Shown here one piece after another: positions 1-14,746 of a stretch of DNA of 64,000 bases. Where the stretch lies: contig OX597830.1 in NCBI GenBank assembly GCA_951406725.2, forward strand, positions 40,672,001 through 40,736,000, read 5' to 3'. This DNA comes from Octopus vulgaris (lineage: Eukaryota). The position numbers were made by a program, and so were the translations under genes. The notes under the pieces were generated by a model. The model made no database searches. It saw nothing but the letters and a program-made list of their open reading frames with translations, and was not told the origin of the DNA. The number at the start of each line of letters is the position of its first letter. Positions within the stretch are counted from its first letter, which is position 1.

Positions 1-120
1 GACTTTGCCTTTCCTCCTTTCAGGGTCGATAAATTAAGTACCAGTCGTATACTGAGGTTGATCTAATCGACTGGCCTCCTACACATAAATTTCAGGCCTT
101 GTGCCTAGAGGAGAAAAGAA
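1..120 (+). mobile_element. SINE family B, 3' half
   Basis: gactttgcctttc..ggtcgataaattaagtaccag..ggccttgtgcctag. Confidence 0.8.
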
Positions 121-581
121 TATATATATATTGTCTTTTTAAACATAGTGTGACCATAAGAGATGTTATCTCTGGAAAATACTACAATAAATCTGCCTTT
201 CAGTGATTTATTTACCACAAATCTGACACACTGATGGCCAGTGCTTAATGTTTAACCGATAGTTATCATTCAACAACATGCTAATCCCAATTTAGTAGAT
301 CTAAGTTCAAGCATATTCCTGCCATAACCGTCCTGTATAAGACTACCTAATATCTCATGTCCAGTTTTTAATTTAGTAGAATGTGATTTCAGGGTGACTT
401 GGCTGCTATTTCTAGCTGGTCGAGTGACCATGTAGAGGTTCACTTCTTGGCTCATTTATTTTAGTGTGTAAATGAATGTCGAATCCAACATATATATATA
501 TATATATATATGGTCATAAGATGCGGTCAAAAGCTTCTGTGAAAGGCGCCAGGTCCATTGTCGTAGTACACTTGAATATGG

Positions 582-981
582 TGCAGTCGTGGCTGTGTGG
601 TAAGCAGCTTCTTTCCCAACAACACAGTTCCAGGTTCAATCCCACTGCATGGCACCTACGGCAAGTGTCTTCTACTATAGCCTCAGGCCAAACGAAGCTT
701 TGTGAGTGGATCTGGTAGATGGAAACTGAAAGTAGCCCATCATATATATAAATGTGTGTGTGTCTTTGTGTCTGTGTTTGTTCCCCCACAATCACTTGAC
801 AACCAATGTTGGTGTGTTTATGTCCCTGTGAATTAGCAGTTCAACAAAAGAGGCCGATAGAATAAGTACTAGGCTTACAAAGAATAAGTCTTGGGGTTGA
901 CTTCTGAAACTAAAATCCTTTAAGGCAGTGCTCCAACATGGCCACAATCAAATAATTGAAGCAAGTGAAAGACTAAAAGAA
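582..981 (+). mobile_element. tRNA-head SINE family A (internal TA/TG microsatellite)
   Basis: gtggctgtgtggtaag..ggttcaatccc..gcaagtgtcttctactatagcc..gaaactgaaag..tgctccaacatggcc..; highly repeated in the window. Confidence 0.85.
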
Positions 982-1538
982 TATCAGGGGGAGATGAAAG
1001 ATGCTTTTGACAAGGCCCTAGAAAGCTGATATGCATCTGGTGTTCACACTAGCCACTGCTGGAACAATTTCTGTCTGTCTATGATATACATTGTGTCTTT
1101 AAACACAGCACATGCATAAGAGATGTTATTTCTGGACAAATACAACAGTATATTTGCCTTTCAATTACGTATATACATTGAGCATAAAAGGCTATTTTTG
1201 ATTTAATGCTGATTCTATTGCAATATAAATGATTAAAACAATGATTTCATATGATGATATGACCACCACAATGTATTTCTGGAAGGAGCAAGTAACAAAT
1301 TTCTAACATGTCATCCAGCTTAAAAACACCACCTGATTCTTAGATGCCTTTAGCAAAAATCATTGTGCTGTAAGCATTTGGAACTGACAACTTTATTCCT
1401 GTTTCCACAAAATGGCTGGAACAAAATAATGCAAGACCTTTAATCTGATAGCACAGACTCTCTCTCTCTCTCTCTCTAGCTCTTTCCCTGTCACTTTCTG
1501 TCTCTCACATCTCTCCCTCTCTCTCTGTTCCTCTATCA

Positions 1539-1593
<55 letters not shown>

Positions 1594-1769
1594 TAGTCAT
1601 GCAACAAGAGTGTCAGCTAGCTGGGGTGGGGGCTCAGGTAGCCTTTGCTATCCACCCCACCAACACCTGCTTCTAAAACTATACAGGCTTATGTAACAGA
1701 CCCAAAATGCCATCTTCATAAATGTGTCGCCAATGGGGAAGGGACCCTCCCCCCTTCTGGCCACACTAC

Positions 1770-2120
1770 TGTCTCTCCTTACTCTCTGCCTCTCTCTCTT
1801 TCTTTCTCATTCTATATTTTCCTTTCTCTCTCTGCCTCTCTCTGCCCTTCATTCTATATTTCACCCTCTCTCTCTTCTTCCTCTCTCCTCTTCTTCCTCT
1901 CTCCTCTTCTCCACTCTCTTCTTTCTCTCTCTCCTCTTATTCTCCTTGTCTCCCTCTCTTTCTCTCCTCTTATTCTCCTTCTCTCTCTCTCTCTCTCTCC
2001 TCTTATTCTCCTTGTCTCTATCTCTCTCTCCTCTTATTCTCCTTGTCTCTCTCTCACTCTCTCCTCTTATTCTCCTTATCTCTCTCTCCCCTTTTCTCTC
2101 TTCTCTCTCTTTCTCTCTCA
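1770..2120. repeat. CT-rich minisatellite (ctctcctcttattctcctt..)
   Basis: Direct reading. A comparable array based on tctcaaatgtctctattt lies at 11525-11850. Confidence 0.85.
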
Positions 2121-2774
2121 TTCAAAACTTAAGATTGAAAATGTTATAAAATAAGACACAAGAATAAAAATAATACAAAAAAAAAAAGAAAAGAAAAGAA
2201 AGAGAAATACAATGAAATTACTCCATCAGAATGTACAGAAATACCATTCTCTTATTCTTCTATTCTTTTCAGTAATTAAAACATGGCCTAGCTGGAGCAA
2301 CACTTTTAAGAGTATAGTTTGATTATGTAAACTCCTCCAGTATTTTAATCACTACTAACACTATCAACAGCTGAGGGATGAAGAGTAAAGTCGACCTGGG
2401 CGGGATTTGAACTCAGAACAAAACCATAAAGTGTTGCAATAAAATATCAAAAGGTATTTTTGTTTGCTGCTGTTCTGATCCGACAATCCACCGCCCATCA
2501 CACATAAAAAAAATTAAATTAAACATCCTATCACACACACACACACACACAATATTAAATCTAATTGACATTGGCAAATAAAGTGGTTGTGTGTGTAGAA
2601 GAGAAATGTACATAGTAACAGCTGTGACCAATGAAATCTCAGTGATTCTGGACTTAGCTAAGAAAATTGATTTAAGGCTGAACTCTGTGTGTGCATGCAT
2701 GTGTGTGTGTATGTATTAGATCATGTGTGTGTGTGTATATATATATATATATAATTAGATATGTATAATTAGAT

Positions 2775-2823
<49 letters not shown>

Positions 2824-2855
2824 ATTAGATATAATTTTAGACAAATATATGTGTG

Positions 2856-2926
<71 letters not shown>

Positions 2927-4156
2927 GTATATATATATACATATATACATACATACATACATACATATATGTATATATATATAAATATTTGCATATATAC
3001 GTGCGTGTGTGATACACAGATACACATACATACTCTTCCTCCCTCCCCACACATGCACACACACACATTCACAGCAGAGAAAACAGGCATAAAAAGATGA
3101 TGATGTTGATGAGGAGGAGGAGGAGGAGGAGGAGGAGAATGACAAGGAGGAGGAGGAAGAAACACACATTCTTTTTTATGAATTGAAGAGCTACAATGAT
3201 TTGGAAAACACAGAGTTCCACACCAACACATTTATCAAACAAAATGCATCAGCACAAAAATCTAGGCACCTGGGTTACAATAGCTTCTGAGATGATAAAA
3301 AAGAAAAAAGCATTACCATTAGAATCCTCCTTTTAATGTCCATGCTCAGATGGATGAGATAGGATTGGTTGAGACAGATTTTCTATAGCAGGATCCCTTT
3401 CCTGTCACCAATCTCCTTGTTTCCAAGGAAGGAAATATTTCTCCATGACCAAACACTTTTACTCTAAAGATTGAAACCAAGAGACAACACCTGTATGATC
3501 ATGGCACTTCTTGTCAAGTCACACACATGTACACACACAAAGTGTGAGACAAGGTTAGTATTTTAAATTTCAAATGCAGGTCATCTAATTGGGCTTCTTG
3601 GGTGTCTGTCTACTCACTTTCACTCACAAGACTTACATCAATCTGAAGCTATCATAAAGGGTACTTAAACAAAGCACCCTACAGTGGGATTGAACATAAT
3701 TGCAAGTGAACAACTTAACCACTCAGACCATCCCATATATCAATCAACATGGCAAAATCTACATAAACTTGCATTTCTTCAAGTCATTCACTTCTGATAA
3801 TGGGCCTTTGTGCCTGAAATATATAAAGGTTACTAAGCTTTTGCTCTCACAATGTAAGGAGCTCACTGGCTTCATTATTCATTAATTTTACTAACATATA
3901 TATATAATATCATGTAATTGCCTTGTTCCATGCTGGCTTGGGTTGGATGGTTTGGCAAGATCTGATGTATCCAAGAACTGCATTGAGCTTAGTGTTTGCA
4001 TTAACATGCTTTTTTGCAGCTGGATACCAACCACATCACAACATGGACTGTGCAGTGAATTTTTGGAGGCTTGGTTAGAAGGAGAAAAAAAAGAGAAAAG
4101 AAGAAAGAATTCTTTCTTGTTTTTTCTCCCTCTTATCAAGCCTCAAAAAGTTCACA

Positions 4157-4242
<86 letters not shown>

Positions 4243-4922
4243 AAACACACAAACACACACACACACACACATATAATATGCATATGAATATTTAAAACTG
4301 AAACATGAGCTCTGAAAGACCAACAAAATTTTTTAAGTCTCAACAAGACATATTCTCAAGAACATCATGGCCATACGACAGTCTCAAGTAAATGATTGAC
4401 TCTACACCACCACCACCACCACTACCACTCTGGCCAGCACCAATACTAATTTTTCACTTTTTTCAATACTACACCACCACCACCACCACCACCAACCATA
4501 CTGCTACTGTCAGTATCATCACCAACATTATCTCAACACCAACCCTACCACCAAAACTACATTTCACAACATTGTACATCACAATGCTAGCTTGACCACC
4601 ACCGCCATCATGGTTCTCAATACCACCGCTGCAAATGGTATCACAACCACCACCACCTTTCATCACTGCTGACAGGCAGGACACACAATCAATTAATCGA
4701 TACTGAGTTAAAAAACAATAAAGAAAATTGTTTAACTCTACCTGTAACGTATTTCTGTCATTGCATAACAATGACTAATTCCAACAGAGCAGTAGTAGTG
4801 GTGGTGGTGGTGGTAGTGGTGGCAGCAGCAGCAGTAGTAGTAGTGGTGGTAGTAATAGTAGTGGTGGTGATAGCAGTTGTAGTAATAGTAGTAGTGTGGT
4901 GGTGGTGGCAGTAGTAGTGGTG

Positions 4923-4981
<59 letters not shown>

Positions 4982-4994
4982 GGTGGTGGTGGTG

Positions 4995-5043
<49 letters not shown>

Positions 5044-5148
5044 CAGTAGTAGCTGCAACACAATAGAGATATCAGATTTTGAAGTTTTAAAATGGTAAAT
5101 TATTTCTCCCACCAATTTCCGCCACCATCACTCCTGCTGCCGCTACTG

Positions 5149-5182
<34 letters not shown>

Positions 5183-5353
5183 AGTGGCTACTGTTATTGC
5201 TGTTACAACTACTGTCCATCACACTGCTCACTACCACAACAACTGACCTTACTGTGATGACCACAACTGCTACTGCCACCACCACCACACGAAACAAAAC
5301 CAAAAATATAAAGCTGAAATTTCTTTCTCTGAGATATATTCTTATCAATTCCT

Positions 5354-5389
<36 letters not shown>

Positions 5390-5434
5390 CACAAACAGTC
5401 AAGAATGAAAGCAAAAAAAATAGATATATATATA

Positions 5435-5479
<45 letters not shown>

Positions 5480-5480
<1 letters not shown>

Positions 5481-5683
5481 ATCCTGTGAAGTATGAAATT
5501 GCCCAACTATGGAAAATGAAGGAGGTGAAGACAGTGCCAATTGTTGTTGGGTCTTTGGGGAGAATATCAGAAGGCATCAAGTGGAATATTAGGGATATTG
5601 GAGTAGAGTGCCCAGTAGAACTGTTACATAAGGTTTGCCGCCTTGGCATGGCCAGAATAATCAGGAAAGCATTTGAGAGTTGA
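5480..5683 (+). mobile_element. R4/Dong-like (RLE) non-LTR retrotransposon C-terminal fragment
   Basis: Translates as KYEIAQLWKMKEVKTVPIVVGSLG...LLHKVCRLGMARIIRKAF, the typical end of a restriction-like endonuclease ORF. Confidence 0.75.
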
Positions 5684-5799
5684 AAAGAACAGATAACATG
5701 GTACCATAGGCTGCAGGCAGCAAACCACCTATGCATGCAATACTCCAGGAGTTCCGACAAGAAGGAGGAGGAGGAGGACTACAACGATTTGAAGTGGGT

Positions 5800-5990
5800 A
5801 ATATGAAGGCTGTGGTCAATGAGGGGAGTAGACATGATACCAATAGTAATTGGTGCACTTGGAAGTAACATGGCTTAGAAAGATTGATACAAATGTAAAG
5901 ACCTACAAAGACCTACAAATGTAAACACCTACAAAAATCAGCATTGCTTGGAACTGCAAGAACTCTTCACATGATTCTTGAAGCAATGAC
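5800..5990 (+). mobile_element. Second RLE-LINE C-terminal fragment
   Basis: MIPIVIGALG...QKSALLGTARTLHMILE with frameshifts and stops. Confidence 0.65.
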
Positions 5991-6085
5991 CAGTAAAGTG
6001 TTATGTTAGTCTGCTGGCTGTCGACAGTTGACACTCCATCATACCCAGCAAATAAGCTGAGAGTTTTCATCAAATAACAATAATA

Positions 6086-6455
6086 ACAAGAGCACTCAGG
6101 GAGCACAAACCTCCGCCAAGGCAACACCAATGTCCTCTTAATGATTAGCTGGAGATGATTTTTAAAATAAGAATATCTTAAATAAATTCAACTGCTCTCA
6201 CAAATGAGAATACCAAAAATGAATCCAACTGCTCTCAAAAATTAAGTAAAAAAAAAAAGAAACGGGAAAATAATCCAGAATTCTTGTCCAGTACTGAACC
6301 AATCCCAAAGTCTAATCAGTTGTGCCAGCCATGAGGCAAAACATCCCTGAAAGTTTCATCCAAATCCATCCAGCGGTTCTTGAGGTATTTTGTGCAAGGA
6401 CTAACAAACATGATTGAAAACAATACCTCCACCTTCACTAAGGCAGAAGTAATAA
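6086..6455 (-). mobile_element. Helentron-associated (DINE-1/HINE-like) element
   Basis: Subterminal inverted motifs acctccgcc / ggcagaagt with a short internal palindrome, a terminal hairpin gcactc-agg-gagc and T-rich insertion ends. Confidence 0.5.
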
Positions 6456-7349
6456 TAATAATTTATGTCCAGCCACCTATTATCTCCTCCCTGACTCGTT
6501 TAACTTTTCCTTTACCTTCACTTCACCTGAGATACACTATTCACTGCATTCACCTCAATCCCCATCTCTAACTGCCCGTTACTCTCCTTTCACATTCTCA
6601 TAAACCTACCCATGCAATCATCTTTGATTCTCTGTCTCCATTCTCCTTTTGTCTGCCTTCTTGTACTTTAAGAGTCTTGCCTGACACTCCTTCTTCACCA
6701 TCCTTTCTTCCTTTCCTGCTTGGGCAACTCCTCTACAACAAGACTCTTCTTCCTGTCATACTTTAGCTTCTCAACACCAGGCACAGGGCCACCTCTCTTA
6801 GCATTGTGCCCACACTCTGTCAACAGGGTCTCGTAGATGAAGTCACTTGGTGACCTCAACTAATGTCTGTGCCGTGAAAATGGTTGGTGTTAGGAAGATC
6901 AGCCAGATGTAGAAACCATGCCAAAACAGTCCTCTGGCTTGTCAGATTCTGTCAAGCTGTTCAACCCATGCAAGTATGGAATGCAGATGTTAAATGATGA
7001 TGATAATAGCAGTGGCAGCAACGATGACGATGATGACGATGACAATAATGAAGAATTCTTTAGGTCCAAGGCAATTTTGAGGTGGGGAGGCATTCATTGA
7101 TCCCACCGATTCTAGTATTTCATTGTTACCTTATGCTATCGACTCTGGAAGGATAAATGGCAAAGCTGGCCTTGACAGAAGTTAAGCTTAGAATGTAAAG
7201 AGTTTGTTGTTTTTATTTTTTATTTTTTTTAAAGTGGATGCCAAAGACTTTGATGTCTTGTATCAAAAAGGTCTCCAGAGGAGAGAACAATCAACTAAAT
7301 CTACTCCAGTCTTGACTGGTTCTTATTTGATCAAACCTTAGTAAGATGT

Positions 7350-8090
7350 AATCACCCAACAGTTACTGTGAATAAGAATAGAGAGCATAAGTTCAGTTTA
7401 AAGATTCTGACAAACCAATGAACAACAGGACTTTCTTACTAACCACACTACAATGACTCCATTGAAAAACTGGATTGACCGTATAACAATTGTTCAATTG
7501 AACCTTCCAGCTATTAACAGAACAGAGCTTTAACTACAGTCGGGGAATTGTGAAACAATTACAGATGCACATTAACAGCAAATAATTGATCAGTTAAAGA
7601 CCTTGACAAACACAAAACAAAGGCTCAAAGTTTCTGGTTAATACTGAATAATGGATCAATTAGAAGTTCTGATTATCACACAGCAATGGTTCTATTTGCT
7701 AATTCTGACTAAACATAGAAAAGTAGACCAGTTAGAGATTCTGTGCATCCACAGCAGAATGGCTCAATTTGAACATTTGTCACTCAACACTGGCTCAACT
7801 TAAGACATTCTAGAGTCTGTATAGCCCCATAGCAGTGGCTCAATTAGAACATTCTGGACATCCTGTCTAGCCACACAGCAGTGGCTCAATTGGAGCATTG
7901 TGAAGATTTGAACTAGTCACACAGCAATAGCTCAATTTGAATACTAAAATGGTTCTGAATAACCAAAGAGAAGTGGATTAGTTGGAATGAGCTAACAAAC
8001 AATACTATAGCAGATTGTATATAGATTCTCACAAACAACAAAACTGTAGCATGATTGATTGGTGATTCAGACGATCCAGAAAACAGTAAC
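7350..8090. repeat. Old degenerate minisatellite with a unit of about 45 bp
   Basis: Recurrent cacagcagtggctcaatt-gaacattctg, clearest at 7740-7945. Confidence 0.65.
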
Positions 8091-9999
8091 TTAATTATAG
8101 TGCTCTAAACTTTTGAAAATTATGTTTGTGAAATATCGTGCAATCACATAATAAACCACAAATGAGTTTACAAGGATCAGTGCTCAGCTCAGGTTTCATT
8201 GTATTAAAACAGTGAAAGCGAAATCTGCCTCTGGATAGCATGTCAGAGAACCACAGACAACATATGATCTGATACCTATTCCCATGAATGATCGGATATT
8301 TATTCACACAGATGATTTCCTATTTAGGTGGACTATAGCAATGAAAGATGAGATGTTCTACCCAGAAACACAATAAAATTATTCCAGCCGGTTTGAACTC
8401 AGAACTTATGAACAGATAACACAATGCTTTATCAACTTGGCCATTTCATCACCACAAGGGCATGTTTGCTTTTTGTTGAGTTTTCATCTCAATTAGTTTA
8501 GAAAATTAAGCAACAACAATAGTATGTAGTGAGTTTGTATCCTATTATAGACAATGTAATGTACTTAGCAAAGAATTATACAAAGTAGTCAAAGAGAGAA
8601 AGATGGAGAGGATGAGAGTGCGAGAGTGAAAGAGAGAAAAACACATGGAATGAGGGAGACGTGCTCTATCAGTTTATAAAATGTCTCACCAGAGAGTTGC
8701 ATCAATGGTCTAAATTGATGGCTCAGATATAAGAAGTAAAAAAATAAATTAAATAATTTCAGATATTGTGATTGATAATGGATAAGAATGACATATTGAT
8801 TACAGATGAGACAGTGAGAGAGAAGGGGGAGAAGGTGAAGAGAGTAAGAAAGAGAGAGAGAGAGATTGATTGATTTATAGCTATCACGAGAAGTCAATGG
8901 AAAATACAATCTCTTGGATTGTCTTGGACTGAAGCCAACCACTTTACCGATTGTCACATTATTATGACAGAATATTGATTTCTATTCACAGGTCACAAAG
9001 CCAATTTTTGCTGTTGTTGTAGTTGTTGTTTTATCCCAGGTCAGTCACAATCAGGGTGTCCTATAATCAGAAGTATCCCAGTCATAAGCATCACGTTTAC
9101 ATTTATTTTTCCCCCCGAAATATAGTGCACCTAGGATCATATTATGTCCAATCATATTTTTAAGACCACAATGTGATTTAACAAAAATTTGGTCGCTATT
9201 TCTAGCAGAGCAAACAACTAACTTTGACTACTTTATGCCTACAACCCAGAGACTGGATGTCCAAAATTAGATCCTGTAAGACATCTCTTAAATTACCTAC
9301 ACATACTTTCTATGACTCTTACACACTATCCTGATTTGACACTACACCTGTTATAAGATCAGCCTATCCTTTCCCACATCCCACCTCCACTTAACTATGT
9401 CACCTATTTCTAAATTTAATTTATGCAGACTTTGCATGTCAACTCATTAAAACAAAACACCTCACAAAATAATAGTGAACAAATTAGAATTTACAAAACT
9501 ACACAGTAAATAACAAGAAAAACATTATTATTCTCTAGACATTACTAAAACTGAAATACAGCATATAAACCATATCATTAATTTTAACAGGAACATTTGC
9601 ATGCATGCACACATGAGATAAATATGTGAACAGAAATATTTCTGTTTTGTTGGCATCGCTAGTCCAATGGAGAAACTAGACATGACCAAATTGATGCAAA
9701 AACAAGCCGTCAGGTAGAATTGTCTAATGAATACAGCTAAGAATTAACAAAGTGGGAGATTGTGTGTTTATGTGGAAAAAAAAAAAAGATATCTGAGGTA
9801 CTCTCAGTTTCCCTTAAAGCAGCAACTGGAAGAGGCCTTATCTGACATGTGGAGAGAAATACTCACCATCCAAAGAAATAAAGCTTATGGGACTGTCAGT
9901 AAGATATTTAGAACTGAGGTAAGTGTGGGAAGACAACCTTACATCTATGTTTATGCCAAAGAAATACATAGGGTTGGTTAGAGGGATGTATTGAGAGAT

Positions 10000-10737
10000 G
10001 GGCACTTGGCTGAACAGATATATAGATGGATGTATTGAGGGATGGAATCCAGAAAAATAGAGAGATGAAGGTATGTTTAAAAGGATAAAAGGATGTTTGA
10101 ATGGATGAACAAGGGTGGATGAACAGGATAGATGGAGGGAGGGAGGGAGGGAGGAATGTACAGAGGAGTAAATGAAGGGGTGTGTAGAAGATTGGATGTA
10201 TAGAGGAGTGTAAGAAAGGAGAAAAGTTTTCAGAAGGGATGGATGGATGCAAAGAGGAATAAAGGCATTGAGGGATGTATAGAGATGAAGGGATAGATGA
10301 ATGTATGGAAACATGAAGGACTGGAGGGATGTGCAGAGGGAGAAAGGGGAGGGGGATGGAAAGATGGATAGAGGGATAGATGGCATGATTGCTGTTCAGA
10401 AGGATAGGTAGATGGAAGAGTGTGTGGATGTGTAGGGGGGTGACAAGATGAAGGAGTGTTTGGTTGGATCACTGCATAGAAAGGGTGAAGAGGTGAATGG
10501 ATGGAGAGCAATGTTCCCTCTAAGTTTTTGCTGTGCATGTGGAGAGATATTTGCCTTGTGCGCAAATTTTATCTTTCTTTGCAAAGTATGTGCACATCTA
10601 TGCAAGTAACCATTACTCAAATTTCTTTCAATTAAAAAAAATCCAATTTGATCTTGAGATCCTCGTGTGCACACATCTTTTTTTTCCTCCTTTTCCTTTC
10701 CTAAAAATAAACATGTGTATGCATGCACACACACACA

Positions 10738-10787
<50 letters not shown>

Positions 10788-10794
10788 CACGCAT

Positions 10795-10858
<64 letters not shown>

Positions 10859-11350
10859 CGCTGATAGAACACTGACAGAGAGATGAGCAGATGGGGATTG
10901 TGGATAGATTGAAGAATGACAGGGTGAATAGATGGATGGAATTATGGATGAAGTGAGAGATGAATGGATGGTTGTGATAGATAGAAGGATGAGCAGGTGA
11001 ATACATGGATGGATGGACAGATGGATGAATGGATGGATGGATGGATGGAAGGAGTGAGACTTGAAAGGATAGGAGTGATAGATAGAAGGTTGAATAGGTG
11101 ACTGGATGGATCAATGTATGGATGGAGTGAAAGATGAAAAGACGAGGATGATAGCTTAGAAGGATGAGTAAATGGATGGATGGATTGGAGATGATAGATG
11201 GATGGCGTGAGGGTGGAAAGGAGAGGAGTAGTAGATATAAAATTAATAGGTAGATGGATAGATGGATGGATGGATGGATGGATGGATGGAGCAAGAAATG
11301 AGAGGATCAGAGAGGTAGATACAAGGATGAATGGGCAGGTGGATGAATTG
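10000..11350. repeat. Degenerate (GGAT)n/GA-rich tract interrupted by a hAT-like fragment (about 10508-10690) and (CA)n
   Basis: Direct reading. Confidence 0.7.
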
Positions 11351-12220
11351 CTGAAGGATAAGAGCAAAAAGCAAGAGGGGAGAGAGAGAAAAGAAGGAGA
11401 TGATGATGATCAAAAGCAAGAAAGAAGACAAAATGACAATGAAAGAAATAGAAACAAAACAGAAGGAAAACAATATTTTGACATATGGTTGTTTTTTTTT
11501 GTATGTGTTGGTGTCCCAGTCTATATGCCTCTCTCTCTCTCAAATGTCTATTTCTCTCTCTCTTTCTCTCTTCCTCTCTCTCTCAAATGTCTCTATTTCT
11601 TTCTCTCTCTATCTCTCTCTCAAATGTCTATTTCTCTCTCTCTCAAACGTCTCTCTTTCTCCTCCCTCTCTCTCTTTCAAATGTCTCTATTTTTCTCTCT
11701 CGCTCGCTCTCTCTCTCTCCCAAATATCTCTATTTTTCTCTCTCAAATGTCTCTATTTTGCTCCCTCTCTCTCTCAACATCTCTTTCTCTTTCTCTCACT
11801 AAAAACGTCTCTCTTTCTCTCTCTCTCTCTCTAAAAACGTCTCTCTTTCTCTTTCCCCTCTCCCTCTTTCTCTTCACTTCAGTTTGACATACATTTATCT
11901 CTGACCAGCTTTGTTCATAGGAGCAAGAATGGCTGAATGAGTATGATATTGCAATCACTTCTCATCAAACATGAGTTCAAATCTACAACGGGAGCCTGGT
12001 TGTTTCTAAGCAGGACACTAACCACTAACAGTCAAATAAACTGGACATTAACATTTCAGATGGGGGGGCAGATGGTAGGGCCACCAAGACACTCTCCGGA
12101 ACAATAGGGCAGCAAAAATGGATGGATGGATGTCCTTAAAAATACTGAAAAAGGACCCATTTGACAATATATTTTCTGATATTTGGTCATGGTAAAAATG
12201 CTTTCCATTTTAAATAGGTG

Positions 12221-12660
12221 TAAGGCAGTGAACTGGCAGAATCGTTAGCATGCAGGGCGAAATGCCTAGTGGTATTTTATCTGCCGCTATGTTCTGAGTT
12301 CAAATTCCACCAAGGTCCTGAGTTTAAATTCTGCCAAGGTCAACTTCGCCTTTCATCTTTTCAGGATCAATAAGATAAGTATCAGTTTAGCACTGGGAGT
12401 AATGTAATTGAATTCCCCCTCCTCTCAAATTGCTGGCCTCGTGCTGAAATCTGAAACAATTATTTTCAAGTTGGAAAAATGTTTAGTGTCATTTTGTCCT
12501 CCATTACATTCTGAGTTCAAATGCCACCAAGGTCAACTTTGCCTGTCATCCTTTCGTGGTCGATAAATTAAGTACCAGTGAAACACTGGGGGGGTCAATG
12601 TAATCGAATAGTCCCCTCTCTCAAAACTTCAGGCCTTGTACTTATAGTAGAGAGGATTAT
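12221..12660 (+). mobile_element. Two SINE family B copies; the first has a duplicated B-box segment
   Basis: ggcagtgaactggcagaatcgttagc..ctgagttcaaattccaccaaggtc twice. Confidence 0.8.
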
Positions 12661-12712
12661 AAATAGGTATACAGGATTAAGACTGACCTGAGGCAGGCTT
12701 TAAAAAAAAAAG

Positions 12713-13795
12713 TGCAGGCATGGCTGTGTGGTTAAGAGGCTTGCTTTGCAGCCTCGTGGTTTCAAGTTCAGTTCCATTATGTGGCACCAGGGCCAAATGT
12801 CTTCTACTATAACCCCAGGCTGAACATTGACCTGCGAGTGGATTTAGAAGACAGAAACTGTATGGAAGTCCATGGTGTGTGTGTGTGTGTGTGAATATGT
12901 ACATGTATTTGTGTGTGTGTATATATAGATATATATATATGTATTTCTGTGTGCATGTGTGTGTATGTGCGTGCATGTATTTGTGTGTGTATGTATATGT
13001 CTGTCTGTGTGTATGTGTGTGTGTATTTGTGTATGTATGTGCGTATGTGTGTGTACATCATCATCATCATTGTCATCGTTTAACATCTGCTTTCCATGCT
13101 GGCATGGGTTGGACGGTTTGACTAAGGACTTGTGAGCCAGAGGCTGCATCAGGCGCCAATCTGATCTGGCAAAGTTTCTACAGCTGGATGCCCTTCCTAA
13201 CGCCAACCACTCCAAGAGTGTAGTGGTTGCTTTTACATGCCACTGGCACAAGGGCCAGTCAGGTGGTTCTGGTAACAACCATGGTCAAAAGGCATTTTTA
13301 CATGCTATCTGCACGGGAGCCAGTCTGTCGTCACTGGCAATGACCACACTCGAATGTTGTTTTTCATGTGCCACTGGCACATGTGCTGGTAAGGCGACAC
13401 TGGCAACAATCACACTCGAATGGTGCTTTTCATGTCTCACCAGCACAGGAGCCAATCCATGGCCCTGGCTACTAGCACGCTTGGATGTGCTTTTAACATT
13501 CCACTGACATGAGTGCCAATCAGGCGGTACTGTCATCGGCCACATCAGCGAATTAGATTTGTTTGCATATATATATGTACATATATATATGTGTGTGAGT
13601 TTTTGTGTTTACATTTGTCCCCCCACCTGACACCTAGCGACTTGACAACCTGTGTTGGTTTGTTTATATCCCCATAACTTAGCACAAGACTTTTAAGAAA
13701 AAAAAGAAAGACTGAGGCGTATTTATTTGACTAAAAACTTTTCAAGGTGGTGCCCCAGCATGGCCACACTTTGGCTGAAACAAGTAAAAGACAAA
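12713..13795 (+). mobile_element. SINE family A split by an RTE-type insertion in its internal microsatellite
   Basis: Head at 12713-12875, tail at about 13595-13795. Confidence 0.7.
13056..13560 (-). mobile_element. RTE-3'UTR-type short element (truncated LINE or partner SINE) nested in a tRNA-SINE
   Basis: catcgtttaacatctgctttccatgctggcatgggttggacgg.. followed by roughly 55-bp tandem units. Confidence 0.8.
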
Positions 13796-14746
13796 GGATA
13801 GATGCAGTGTGAGAGCGGAGAGGGAAGAGCGTACCAAAGATGAGCCAAAGGTGTGTCCCATTTTCTTTTTAATTAGAGGGGAGATAAGGTGAACCAGAGT
13901 TACACAACAACAACTACAACAACAACCACAACAACAACACCAACAACAGCAACAGCAACAACAATTTAAACTGCTCTAACTGTTTAAGAATAATATCCTT
14001 CCTTTAAGCAAAGATATTCTAAAACCTTTGGAATTCATTTTGAAAAAAAAAACAAAAAGAAAAACAACACCAGCAATAATAATAATAATAATAATAATAA
14101 CTAATTGTTGAAGCATGTTTATTTCATGAATTCATCTGCTTCTGCCAGAATGATTTGAAGATAATAAGAATTGTTGACTTAACCGTTCTTGGAATTTTTG
14201 TTTGCAAAGAAACGTGTAATGGGAATGAGCTGAGTACCAGTTCCATGACAACAGAGAGGGGGGGAGGGGGTAAGGCAGAGAGAAAAAGACGGTGAGAGTG
14301 AGGTAGAAGGAAAGAGGGTAAGACAGATAGGGAATAAGAGAGAGGATGAGAGAGAGAGAGAGAGAGATTTCTAAGACAATTGAATCGGTGCCGAGAGACC
14401 AAAGTAAGCAAAGAGTGTTTTGTGTGAATGAATTGAAGAAAGTGTTAACTTGTGTAATTGTAATAATTGGAATTTATTTTAATATAATATTAACAAACAG
14501 CTGTGCAAACAGTGAGGTGGTAGCCATTTTAGATTAGGATTTATAACGGTAAGGATGGGGGGGGGGTGCAAAACGAGGCGGGAGTATGAGGAGGAAGGTG
14601 GAGGAGTTCAGGGGGGGGTGAGGAGGAGGAGGAGGAGGAGGAAGAGGAAGAAGAAGAAGAAGAAGAAGAAGAAGAAGAAGAAGAAGAAACATGGAAGGGC
14701 CAAAATTTTCTAGCACGATAAGTCTTTTGCAATACAGAAGGAGATT

